Origin: Chloroflexota bacterium
Lineage (GTDB): Bacteria; Chloroflexota; Dehalococcoidia; Lucifugimonadales; JADFKI01
DNA length: 19,261 nt
Direction: 5' to 3'
Assembly (NCBI GenBank): GCA_027623195.1
Contig: JAQBUT010000038.1
Coordinates: 1-19,261, forward strand
Below are positions 1 through 8,173 of the stretch, piece after piece (position 1 is the stretch's first letter; the number at the start of each line of letters is the position of its first letter). A program made the translations under genes and the position numbers. The notes beneath the pieces were generated by a model. The model did not search any database, was not told the DNA's origin, and was given only the letters and a program-made list of their open reading frames with translations.

Positions 1-182
1 ACTCAGGTTTCATCACCCAAAGTCTACCTTGAGAGGCCTTCTTTTTATACTTTTCCTAGAATCATCCAAATTCGGGATGACTCATGTTTAATTTACCTAA
101 CTTGGCTTTGTACCAAATGTCATTTTCAGGCTCTCGGTTAGACATATTCACCACTAGCCGCGACGGGTATGTATCGGATATT

Positions 183-207
183 CCGCTCACCCTGAGCCTG
201 TCGACGG
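183..207. repeat. Single degenerate arm of a dispersed REP/MITE-like repeat (CCGCTCACCCTGAGCCTGTCGAcGG)
   Basis: Resembles, from memory, the CTGAGCCTGTCGAAGG / TTCGACAGGCTCAG intergenic repeat family. It lies downstream of the LLM gene. I saw no partner arm in the window. Confidence 0.45.
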
Positions 208-281
208 ATGGTCTATGGAAACAGGCTCTCTTTGGTACCAAGCGACCTGGCGTCTGAGAATCCCTATTCAGGATGCACATC

Positions 282-1151
282 TTAAAGGGCGGAAACGATA
301 TCCCTGGCCCGCGTAATGGCTTCGATGTGAGCCTGCGGCGTGTCCAGACCGCTGTTCATGGTGTTGAAGGAAAGGTGCGTCGCCCCCAACTCCTTCCAGC
401 CCAAGGCGTCCTCAACACAGTCCTCTATTGGTCGATTGCCGACGGCCACCCAGCCTTCTAGGCCAATCGAGCTTGGGTCTCGCCCGCTCTCTTCGGCTGC
501 GGATCGCATCTTCTCAATCAGTGCCTTTCTGGAATCGTCCGGCTTGCCGGTGAGTATCCAGCCATCGGCCAGACGGCCCACACGCTGCGCGACTGCATCC
601 ACCCAGCCTCCCAACCAGATCGGGATAGGCCGCTGCACAGGTAGGGGATTCAGCCCCGCGTCGTTTATCTTGTTCCAACGACCTTCATAAGTCACCAGAG
701 GCTCCGTCCACAACTTGCGCAGCAACTCAATCTGCTCCTCTGAACGCTTGCCTCTGTTGTGGAAGTTCTCTCCCAGCGCCTCGTACTCAACTGGATTCCA
801 GCCTGTGCCAAATCCCAGTCGCAGCCTGCCCCCTGACAGTACGTCGGCAGCCGCTGCCTGCTTGGCCACCAGGACAGTCTGCCGCTGGGGCAGTATAATG
901 ATGCCCGACACCAGGCCAATCGTCTCTGTGATTCCCGCCAGGAAGCCAAAGAGCACGAAAGGCTCGTGGAACATATGGGTATGCCTATAAGGTCCCGTTA
1001 GGTCTGGATGGCTGGCCGGATTCGCGCCTACCACGTGGTCATATGCCAGTATATGATCGTACCCCAGTGCCTCCGCGGCCTGGGCATAAGCCTTCAAAGC
1101 GCCAGGGTCGTCTCCGATTTCCGTTTGGGGAAAAGTAACTCCAACTTTCAT
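282..1151 (-). CDS. LLM-class (luciferase-like) probable F420-dependent oxidoreductase, Rv2161c-like
   Basis: Motifs AE.LGYDHI...DHV, EPFVLFGFLA..T..I.L, LPQR, D.LSGGRLRLG.G.GW...EY and P.PVQRPIPIWLGG. GGAGGA lies 5 nt before the ATG at 1151, which is preferred over the TTG at 1154. Confidence 0.9.
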   Translation of the reverse strand: MKVGVTFPQTEIGDDPGALKAYAQAAEALGYDHILAYDHVVGANPASHPDLTGPYRHTHMFHEPFVLFGFLAGITETIGLVSGIIILPQRQTVLVAKQAAAADVLSGGRLRLGFGTGWNPVEYEALGENFHNRGKRSEEQIELLRKLWTEPLVTYEGRWNKINDAGLNPLPVQRPIPIWLGGWVDAVAQRVGRLADGWILTGKPDDSRKALIEKMRSAAEESGRDPSSIGLEGWVAVGNRPIEDCVEDALGWKELGATHLSFNTMNSGLDTPQAHIEAITRARDIVSAL

Positions 1152-1292
1152 CAACGTCCTCCATGCCTGTGTGCGTTTCCATGTGCCTGAACCGGGCGGT
1201 TCTAAGCTTCACGTTAGTGTAATATATATGCTATTCGGCGTGGCGATGTCCATTCTTCACCCCAAACACGCCGTCGAGGTTTACTTCTTTTT

Positions 1293-2717
1293 ATGGCAAG
1301 ATTTGATCTTATTCTAGCTGGTGGCACGGTGCTGGACCCGGCAAACGCTATGGACGGCATTGCGGATATTGGCATCAAGTCCGGCAGAATCGAAGCGGTT
1401 GCCCCTGAGTTAGACCCGTTCGACACCGAGAAGACCGTGGACGTAACCGGCAAGTGGGTTATGCCAGGGCAGATAGATACTCATGCCCACGTAGCAGGCC
1501 TATCCAGAAACTGGGACCCGGCCATTGGCTACGGCATGCTGGCGAAAGCGGGAACGACTACAGTGCTGGATATGGGTGGCACCGGCCCTAGCCTGATAGA
1601 CGGCATAAAGCGCAAGGGAGCGGGCCTCAACGTGGCCGGGCTTTTCGCCATGATACCCGGCTCCACGATACCCGGCCGGGACCCCGCGACGGACCAACTA
1701 GGCGATATCGTGTCGCTAGCCTTGCAGCAAGGTTGCATAGGCATAAAGATGCTGGGCGGGTACCATCCCTTCACTCCGGAAACAACCAGCGAAATTATTC
1801 GAGCATGCAACAACCAGATGGCCTACATAGCATTTCATCTGGGTACCAGGGAGTCGGGCAGCCACTTGAATGGCCTGCGAGAAGTGCCAGCGCTTGTTGG
1901 TGACGGACGCCTCCACGTTTGCCATGTAAACTCATACTGTCGCGGGGTCATCGAAGGCCCTGACGACGAGTGCGACGAGGCTCTGGACATCCTGGAAAGC
2001 ATGCGCGGTCAACTTAATTCTGAGGCGTACCATGCTGTCCAAAACGGGACCAGCGGCTCTTGCGACAGGGACGGTAACGTGATGGCAAACGTACCCCAGA
2101 ACTGCCTGAGAATGAGGAATTACCCCACTACCCGGGACGGCATGCGCCAGGCCATTCTGGATGGGTATGCCTCGGTCGTCGGCCAAAAGGGCGAGCAGAT
2201 AATGTACCTGCGAGGCCGGGAAGCCCTGGATATGTATGAGAAGCAAAACACACAAGTAGGTATGAGTTTTCCTGTAAACCTACCTTCCTCGGCATTCCAG
2301 TTGGCTACCTCCAAGAACGCGAAAGGCGAGTTCATCGTCGACGCGGTCAGTACCGACGGAGGCTCACATCCCAGAAACGTGGCAATTCAGAGCACGATGG
2401 CCCTGGTGCAATTTGGCGCCCTGACGAGACTTGAGATGGCATACAAGCTTTCTCTAACCCCTGCGCGAATGTTAGGCCTAATGGACAAGGGCCACTTCTC
2501 CGAGGGGGCCGACGCTGATATCACCGTTTTGGATCCTGCCATAAATGAGCCTGTAATGAGCTTCGTGGCTGGCGAGCCTATCATGATAAACGGCCAGGTC
2601 GTTGGCACCGGAGGACGTCTCATGGTGACTCCCCAGGGGGAGGCTGCGGCAAAAGACAGTGGCTTAGCCTACCAGGTGCTCGACCTGTCTCAAAGCAAGC
2701 TCTACGCGGGATATTAA
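1293..2717 (+). CDS. Metal-dependent amidohydrolase (dihydroorotase/D-aminoacylase-like superfamily), substrate unknown
   Basis: N-terminal beta-sandwich (LILAGGTVLDP...ADIGIKSGRI), PGQIDTHAH (HxH), GTTTVLDMG, further His (FHLG, HVCH), STDGG Asp, and C-terminal PARMLGL..KG....GADADITVLDP. Confidence 0.88.
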   Translation: MARFDLILAGGTVLDPANAMDGIADIGIKSGRIEAVAPELDPFDTEKTVDVTGKWVMPGQIDTHAHVAGLSRNWDPAIGYGMLAKAGTTTVLDMGGTGPSLIDGIKRKGAGLNVAGLFAMIPGSTIPGRDPATDQLGDIVSLALQQGCIGIKMLGGYHPFTPETTSEIIRACNNQMAYIAFHLGTRESGSHLNGLREVPALVGDGRLHVCHVNSYCRGVIEGPDDECDEALDILESMRGQLNSEAYHAVQNGTSGSCDRDGNVMANVPQNCLRMRNYPTTRDGMRQAILDGYASVVGQKGEQIMYLRGREALDMYEKQNTQVGMSFPVNLPSSAFQLATSKNAKGEFIVDAVSTDGGSHPRNVAIQSTMALVQFGALTRLEMAYKLSLTPARMLGLMDKGHFSEGADADITVLDPAINEPVMSFVAGEPIMINGQVVGTGGRLMVTPQGEAAAKDSGLAYQVLDLSQSKLYAGY

Positions 2718-2767
2718 CTTCACAGTCAATTGGTTTAAGCCGGTGGCACCACATAAACATACTGGTA

Positions 2768-2796
2768 TTGACTAAACATATATGAACCATTAATAT
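2768..2796 (+). promoter_or_regulatory. Sigma70-like promoter of the ABC transporter operon
   Basis: TTGACT (2768-2773), 17-nt spacer, TAATAT (2791-2796) in an AT-rich intergenic region 37 nt upstream of the start codon. Confidence 0.6.
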
Positions 2797-2801
2797 TCTT
2801 T

Positions 2802-2817
2802 ATCATAACTATATGAT
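2802..2817. promoter_or_regulatory. Palindromic operator candidate ATCATA-N4-TATGAT
   Basis: Perfect 6-bp inverted repeat over the predicted transcription start, immediately before the GGAGA RBS (2818-2822). Confidence 0.5.
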
Positions 2818-2833
2818 GGAGAATTTCTAAGTT

Positions 2834-3697
2834 TTGAAAACCCCCGTTCTTTTTGTTGCAGTTTTGCTATTAGTATTGATGGCAGGCTGCGGAACCAACG
2901 ATACCTCCCCTACGCTAAGGATTGCAGGCATCCCTGACCAGAACTCCTCAACCATAGCTCGTCGGTACGAGGTGCTAACTTCATACCTCAGCGAAGAGCT
3001 TGGGGTAAACGTTGAGTTCGTGCCAACCGTGGACTACGCTGCGACCGTCATCGGATTCAAGCAAGACGAAATTCAGATGGCGTGGTTCGGAGGTCTCACC
3101 GGTGTGCAGGCCCGCAAGGCAGTTCCTAGTTCTAGGGCCATTGCCCAACGGCCGCGTGATGCAGAATTCCATTCCAAGTTCATTATCAGCGCCGACGAGG
3201 ACGCCGACCACCTGGAAGACCTTGAGGACCTGACTTTCACCTTTGGCAGCGAAAGTTCAACGTCAGGTCATTTAATGCCGAGGTATTTTCTCACGGAGGT
3301 AGGCGTAGACCCAGACAAGGATTTCAGGGGGCCTCCCAACTACTCTGGGTCCCACGACAAGACCTGGAAGCTGGTGGAGAGCGGCGCATTCCAGGCTGGT
3401 GTCCTGAACGAGGCCGTATGGGACAAAGCCATCGCTGAAGGCGCAGTCGACCTGAGTAAAGCCCGTGAACTGTGGGTCACTCCGGCATATTACGATTACA
3501 ACTGGACGGTGCGCGGCGACCTGGATGGGAAGTACGGCGAGGGCTTCACCGACAAAGTACAAGCGGCCTTGCTGGCTATTGATTCAGATAATGCAGAGAT
3601 ACTCGAGTTATTTCAGACGGACAAGTTTGTCGCGTCCAATAACAGCAATTACCAGTCCATTGAAGACGTCGCTACGACCCTTGGAATAATAAATTGA
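2834..3697 (+). CDS. ABC transporter substrate-binding lipoprotein, PhnD-like, putative selenate-binding subfamily
   Basis: Signal peptide with lipobox MAGC (Cys19). Motifs IPDQ, VPTVDYAA.V..F, WFGGLTGVQAR, FTFGSESSTSGHLMPRYFL, SGSHD and YYDYNWTVR match my recollection of the TIGR04553-type subfamily. TTG start. Confidence 0.85.
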   Translation: MKTPVLFVAVLLLVLMAGCGTNDTSPTLRIAGIPDQNSSTIARRYEVLTSYLSEELGVNVEFVPTVDYAATVIGFKQDEIQMAWFGGLTGVQARKAVPSSRAIAQRPRDAEFHSKFIISADEDADHLEDLEDLTFTFGSESSTSGHLMPRYFLTEVGVDPDKDFRGPPNYSGSHDKTWKLVESGAFQAGVLNEAVWDKAIAEGAVDLSKARELWVTPAYYDYNWTVRGDLDGKYGEGFTDKVQAALLAIDSDNAEILELFQTDKFVASNNSNYQSIEDVATTLGIIN

Positions 3698-4482
3698 CCA
3701 GCCTGGACTCGCAAAGCGCCCCGTTCCTTACTCTGTCCGGAGTGCAGAAGGCGTATAACGGCCAGACAGCCTTGGCCCCGCTGTCGCTTTCCGTTCGAGC
3801 AGGCGAATCTATCGCCATAGTCGGGCCCAGCGGCAGTGGAAAGACCACCCTCCTCAACCTGATGGCCGGTGTCATTCAGCCAGACTCGGGAGCCATCATT
3901 TTGGGGGGCCACCAGCTTGCAGGCCTAAGGCCTAACGGCAAACTGTCTCGCCTCGTGGGCGTTATACCCCAGCAGTTCGACCTCGTTCCGCACCTCAGCG
4001 TTCTCCATAACGTACTAGCTGGTCGGCTAGGGAATTGGGGCTTAATCCAGTCCCTGATGTCTTTAGTCTGGCCACAGGAACGCCAACTCGCTTTACAGGC
4101 ACTTGAGCGTGTAGGCATACCCGAAAAAATCGAAGAGAGGGCATCCCGACTTTCGGGCGGAGAGCAACAGCGGGTTGCCATTGCCCGGCTACTGGTGCAG
4201 GACCCGCAGATGATAATCGCCGACGAGCCTGTGTCATCTCTGGACCCTGCGAGGGCAGAGGACGTTTTAGACATGCTGACCGGCATCGCCAGGGAGCGCG
4301 GCAAAACCCTTATCGCCAGCATACACACGCTGGATATTTCCTCCAGCTATTTCGATAGGGTCCTCGGTCTGCGCGAGGGCAGCCTGCTTTTCGACCTGCC
4401 CATGGCCGATCTGTGTCAACAGCAACTGACCAGCCTCTACCAGTTGAAAGAGACAGGCATTGGGGTCCCGGCAGGCCATTAG
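3694..4482 (+). CDS. ABC transporter ATP-binding protein, PhnC-like
   Basis: Walker A GPSGSGKTT, signature LSGGEQQRVAIAR, Walker B IIADEPVSSLDP, and the PhnC-typical NVLAGRLG. The TTG start overlaps the upstream TGA (TTGA). Confidence 0.9.
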   Translation: MTSLDSQSAPFLTLSGVQKAYNGQTALAPLSLSVRAGESIAIVGPSGSGKTTLLNLMAGVIQPDSGAIILGGHQLAGLRPNGKLSRLVGVIPQQFDLVPHLSVLHNVLAGRLGNWGLIQSLMSLVWPQERQLALQALERVGIPEKIEERASRLSGGEQQRVAIARLLVQDPQMIIADEPVSSLDPARAEDVLDMLTGIARERGKTLIASIHTLDISSSYFDRVLGLREGSLLFDLPMADLCQQQLTSLYQLKETGIGVPAGH

Positions 4483-5263
4483 AGGCCTTCTTGAAAGCCG
4501 TCGGCTCCTAACCTACCTTCTGGTCATCGCGGCCACCTGGAGCATTCTTTCCGTGGACTGGACCGGCCAACTGGTTCACCCGGGAGGTGCTGCCTCAGCC
4601 GCACAGATATTCTCAGCCCTCTTCACCCCCAGGCTCTCACCTGACTTCCTTCTTCTCGCGCTTTCGGCCAGTTGGACAACCTTGACCTTTGCTGTGGCAG
4701 GCATAACGCTGGCCATAGCCATAGGTCTGCCTATGGGCGTTTTGGGCTCGGGTGTCCTGTTGGCCCCTGGCGCACGTCGATTAACCACAATGGCAGTTGT
4801 GCGAGTGGTGCTTGGCTTCTTACGGTCCATACACGAGCTTGTGTGGGCATGGCTGTTTGTCGTGGCCATCGGCCTCTCGCCCATTGCGGGGATATTCGCC
4901 CTGGCCATACCTTACGCAGGAATATTGGGTCGCATATACGCAGAGATACTTGTCGATGTGCCCGAGCAACCGCTGAACGCCCTTCGATCATCAGGGGCGT
5001 CCGAGTTCAAGATTTTCCTGTACGGTCGCCTGCCCATGGCGTTGCCGGATATGCTCAGTTACACCTTTTATCGTTTCGAATGTGGCATAAGGTCGGCGGC
5101 CATACTGAGCTTCGTCGGCATTACGGGCTTGGGCTACCAGATCAAGCTATCCCTGGACGACCTGCTCTACAACGAGGTCTGGACGCTGTTGTTCTTCCTG
5201 GTCGCCCTGGTGGTGCTGGTGGACCTGTGGAGCAGCGTCGTGCGCAGGAGCGTGACGCAGTGA
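4460..5263 (+). CDS. ABC transporter permease, PhnE-like (1)
   Basis: Several TM segments, RSIHELVWA.LF, EAA-like loop ALRSSGAS, and YRFECGIRSAAIL..VG..GLG. The start is uncertain (TTG overlapping the ATPase end). Confidence 0.87.
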   Translation: MGSRQAIRGLLESRRLLTYLLVIAATWSILSVDWTGQLVHPGGAASAAQIFSALFTPRLSPDFLLLALSASWTTLTFAVAGITLAIAIGLPMGVLGSGVLLAPGARRLTTMAVVRVVLGFLRSIHELVWAWLFVVAIGLSPIAGIFALAIPYAGILGRIYAEILVDVPEQPLNALRSSGASEFKIFLYGRLPMALPDMLSYTFYRFECGIRSAAILSFVGITGLGYQIKLSLDDLLYNEVWTLLFFLVALVVLVDLWSSVVRRSVTQ

Positions 5264-6135
5264 ATGTTGGATTCCCGCCACCACACGGACGAGGGCTTTC
5301 AAAGTTCAGGCCTGGTGTTGGCCAAGCGTCGATAGCGGGCTTCCTGCTACTGGCCTCAATCTCCTGGGCGCACATAATTCTGGGAGACGACAGCGGCATA
5401 TCAGAACTTTTCAGCGCACAGACCTGGCAACGCCTTACCGAGTTCCTGGGGCTGCTTGCAGGGGCTGGAACAGACGGCACTCCAGCGTTTCTCAGCCCGG
5501 AATCCTGGCGACACGGCGCTAAGTTGGCCGTGGAAACTCTGGCCATGAGTGTGCTGGCCGCAGCGATGGCCGGTGTCGCCGTACTCCTGACCTTTCTACC
5601 GGCAGCACGCAATGTAGCCTACGGCGAATTGTCTGGGACAGGAGGCAAAGCGGGGAAGGTGGCCTTCTTTGTTCTACGGGGGATTTTTGTGTTCTCTCGT
5701 AGCGTGCCCGAGCTACTTTGGGCGATGCTAATTGTGTTCATGCTTTCGCCGGGAATCCTCCCCGGGGCCATCGCACTGGCAATCCACAACTACGGCATCT
5801 TGGGCAAGCTATCGGCTGAGGTAGTAGAGGGACTGGACACCCGTCCGGCACAGGCCTTGCGGTCGGCAGGGGCCGGCAAATTCCAGATGTTGGTCTACGG
5901 GATTTTGCCCCAGGCCTTGCCGCAGTTCTTGACGTACCTGCTGTACCGATGGGAGGTCATAATCAGGACAACCGTTGTGGTGGGATTCGTGGCGGCAGGC
6001 GGACTAGGCCACGAGTTCCGGCTACACATGAGCTGGTTCCAGTACGACGAGATTACGCTGCTACTCGTCTACTACCTGCTGCTGGTGCTGCTGGTCGACC
6101 TTGTATCCGCAGGCCTCCGAAGGCTGGCGCGGTAG
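5260..6135 (+). CDS. ABC transporter permease, PhnE-like (2)
   Basis: Likely start is the GTG at 5260 (GTGA overlap with the permease 1 stop, AGGAG at 5246-5250), giving 291 aa. Motifs RSVPELLWA, ALRSAGAG and YRWEVIIR...VVGFVAAGGLG. Confidence 0.87.
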   Translation: MNVGFPPPHGRGLSKFRPGVGQASIAGFLLLASISWAHIILGDDSGISELFSAQTWQRLTEFLGLLAGAGTDGTPAFLSPESWRHGAKLAVETLAMSVLAAAMAGVAVLLTFLPAARNVAYGELSGTGGKAGKVAFFVLRGIFVFSRSVPELLWAMLIVFMLSPGILPGAIALAIHNYGILGKLSAEVVEGLDTRPAQALRSAGAGKFQMLVYGILPQALPQFLTYLLYRWEVIIRTTVVVGFVAAGGLGHEFRLHMSWFQYDEITLLLVYYLLLVLLVDLVSAGLRRLAR

Positions 6136-6148
6136 GCAGTAATCTAGC

Positions 6149-7885
6149 CTAGAAAGGCCTGTATCGGTTAGCGATGGGCATGCGCCGGTCGCGTCCGAAG
6201 TTGCGGGGCGTTATTTTGATGCCCGGGGGCGCCTGACGACGTTTGTACTCATTGCGGTCCACCAGAGTGATGGCCCGCTTCACGTCTTCCTCAGAGAACC
6301 CCAAGCCGACTATCTCAAGGTAGCTCAGGTCGTCTTCCACGTAAGCCTTGAGGATCGGGTCGAGCACCGAATATGGCGGCAGGCTGTCCTCGTCGATCTG
6401 GTCCGGCCGTAGCTCTGCGCTGGGTGGCTTGTCGATGACCGTCTGGGGTATGAGATCCTTGCCTGCGACCCTATTGCGGTAACGGCATAGCTCGTACACC
6501 AGGACCTTGGGAACATCCTTGATTACGGCATAACCACCAGCCATGTCGCCGTAAATCGTTGCGTAGCCAGTAGCCATTTCGCTTTTGTTGCCGGTAGTCA
6601 GCACCAGCCAACCGAACTTGTTAGACACGGCCATGATGAGGTTGCCGCGAATTCGGGACTGTATGTTCTCCTCAGCGACACCCCATTCTGTGCCCTCGAA
6701 ACGCTCTCCCAGAGTGTTTAAGAACGCGGTGAAAGGCTCCTCAATCGGCAGTGTCCACATCTCGATACCCAGGTTATCCGCCAGGGCCTGCGCGTCCGTC
6801 ACGCTGCCGTGGGAGGAGTACCGCGACGGCATGGCGATCACCACGACGTTCTCGCTGCCAAGGGCGTCCACTGCAATAGCCGCCACTATGGTCGAATCTA
6901 TGCCGCCGGAAAGGGCGATGAGCACCTTGCTGAACCCGCATTTGCGAACGTAGTCACGGGTCGCCAAAACCAGCGCCTCGTACACCTCGCCAACCTCGTC
7001 AAATCTGGATACTTGAAGCTCAGGTATTTCCGGCTTCTCAACGTCGCCAATATAACCCGAAACGTTGACCAGCAAGGGAGTGCCGATCTCATCCAACATG
7101 GTGTCCCGCTCCTTACGAGGACGGGGGTCCCGCAGGCGAGAGCGGAATACGGATTCGACGTCCAAGTCCGCTACCAACAGCTCTTCCTTGAACTGGCTGC
7201 CGTGGGCCACAGCCTCACCCTCAGGGTCGAAAATCATGCTATCGCCGTCAAAGACCAGCTCATCCTGGCCGCCCACCAGGTTCACGTAGGCCACGAAAAG
7301 GCCATTGTCGGCAGCCCTTGTCGCCAGCATCTTCTCGCGAAAGCTGCGTTTGCCAGCATGGAAGGGCGATCCGTTAATGTTAACGATAACCTCGGCACCG
7401 GCGGCCCGCTGAACCACCATAGGGCCGGTGGCATACCAGATGTCTTCGCAGATGTTCACCCCAACGGCCGTGCCATTGATGGTGTAGACAGGACACTCCG
7501 TCCCGACTTTGAAGTAGCGGTCCTCGTCGAACACACCATAGTTCGGCAGGTACATCTTGTGGTACTTGCCTATGAGCTGGCCATCGTAGATAAATGCTGC
7601 CGAGTTATAGACGTCCTTGTCGGCGTCGATAAATCCGGTCACGACCCCTATACCTTTGGAGGCGGCGGTTATCTGTTCGAGCCGAACCAGGTTTTCATGA
7701 ATGAATTGGGGCTTGAAGAGAAGATCCTCTGGAGGATATCCGGGAAGCGCCATTTCGGGGAACGCCACCAGGTCCGCTTTGAGGTCTCGAGCCTTCTCGA
7801 TGTACTCGATAATCTTTTTTGCGTTGCCTTCTAGATCGCCGACAGTAACGTCAATCTGGGCCAGCGCCAACCTGAACTTACGCAT
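6149..7885 (-). CDS. nadE: Glutamine-dependent NAD+ synthetase
   Basis: N-terminal nitrilase-like domain with E-K-C triad (FPEM, YHKMYLPNYGVFDE, ICEDIW). C-terminal synthetase with SGGIDS, ENIQSRIRG, TGNKSE and KPPSAELRPDQ.D. Confidence 0.96.
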   Translation of the reverse strand: MRKFRLALAQIDVTVGDLEGNAKKIIEYIEKARDLKADLVAFPEMALPGYPPEDLLFKPQFIHENLVRLEQITAASKGIGVVTGFIDADKDVYNSAAFIYDGQLIGKYHKMYLPNYGVFDEDRYFKVGTECPVYTINGTAVGVNICEDIWYATGPMVVQRAAGAEVIVNINGSPFHAGKRSFREKMLATRAADNGLFVAYVNLVGGQDELVFDGDSMIFDPEGEAVAHGSQFKEELLVADLDVESVFRSRLRDPRPRKERDTMLDEIGTPLLVNVSGYIGDVEKPEIPELQVSRFDEVGEVYEALVLATRDYVRKCGFSKVLIALSGGIDSTIVAAIAVDALGSENVVVIAMPSRYSSHGSVTDAQALADNLGIEMWTLPIEEPFTAFLNTLGERFEGTEWGVAEENIQSRIRGNLIMAVSNKFGWLVLTTGNKSEMATGYATIYGDMAGGYAVIKDVPKVLVYELCRYRNRVAGKDLIPQTVIDKPPSAELRPDQIDEDSLPPYSVLDPILKAYVEDDLSYLEIVGLGFSEEDVKRAITLVDRNEYKRRQAPPGIKITPRNFGRDRRMPIANRYRPF

Positions 7886-7921
7886 CGAGCCTCCGAAGTG
7901 ATATCAGTATGGTATAGGCTT

Positions 7922-7949
7922 ATTATAGCCAGTATGTGGGCCCAGTCGA
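7922..7949 (-). promoter_or_regulatory. Probable sigma70 promoter of nadE
   Basis: Minus-strand TATAAT (7927-7922) with TCGACT (7949-7944) 16 nt upstream. A GGAGG RBS precedes the ATG at 7885. Confidence 0.45.
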
Positions 7950-8173
7950 TGGGAAGGCGACATATGATCAACAAGAAACACAGCGCTCCCGGTATCGATG
8001 GGAAGCCCTTTTCAGGTAGTAAAATAAACGTGTTGAGGGGATTAACTAACGCGTCTGACCGGCCATTACAGTGTGAATGACCGGCCAATTGTTGGATCAG
8101 CGGGTTGGAGTGCAGAATTAAAGGTTAGCCCAGGCAACACCAAGAAGAATGCTCACATGAACTTGGGGGCCGG

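Noticed and set aside
62..280. 72-aa minus-strand ORF
   Set aside because: No RBS or family motif, and it runs through the repeat arm.
4672..5259. N-terminal 196 aa of the 487-aa track ORF (apparent fusion to the permease)
   Set aside because: It overlaps permease 1 in another frame and has non-protein-like composition. The GTG at 5260 has an RBS and a GTGA coupling.
6809..7834. 341-aa plus-strand ORF
   Set aside because: Antisense shadow of nadE with no recognisable motifs.
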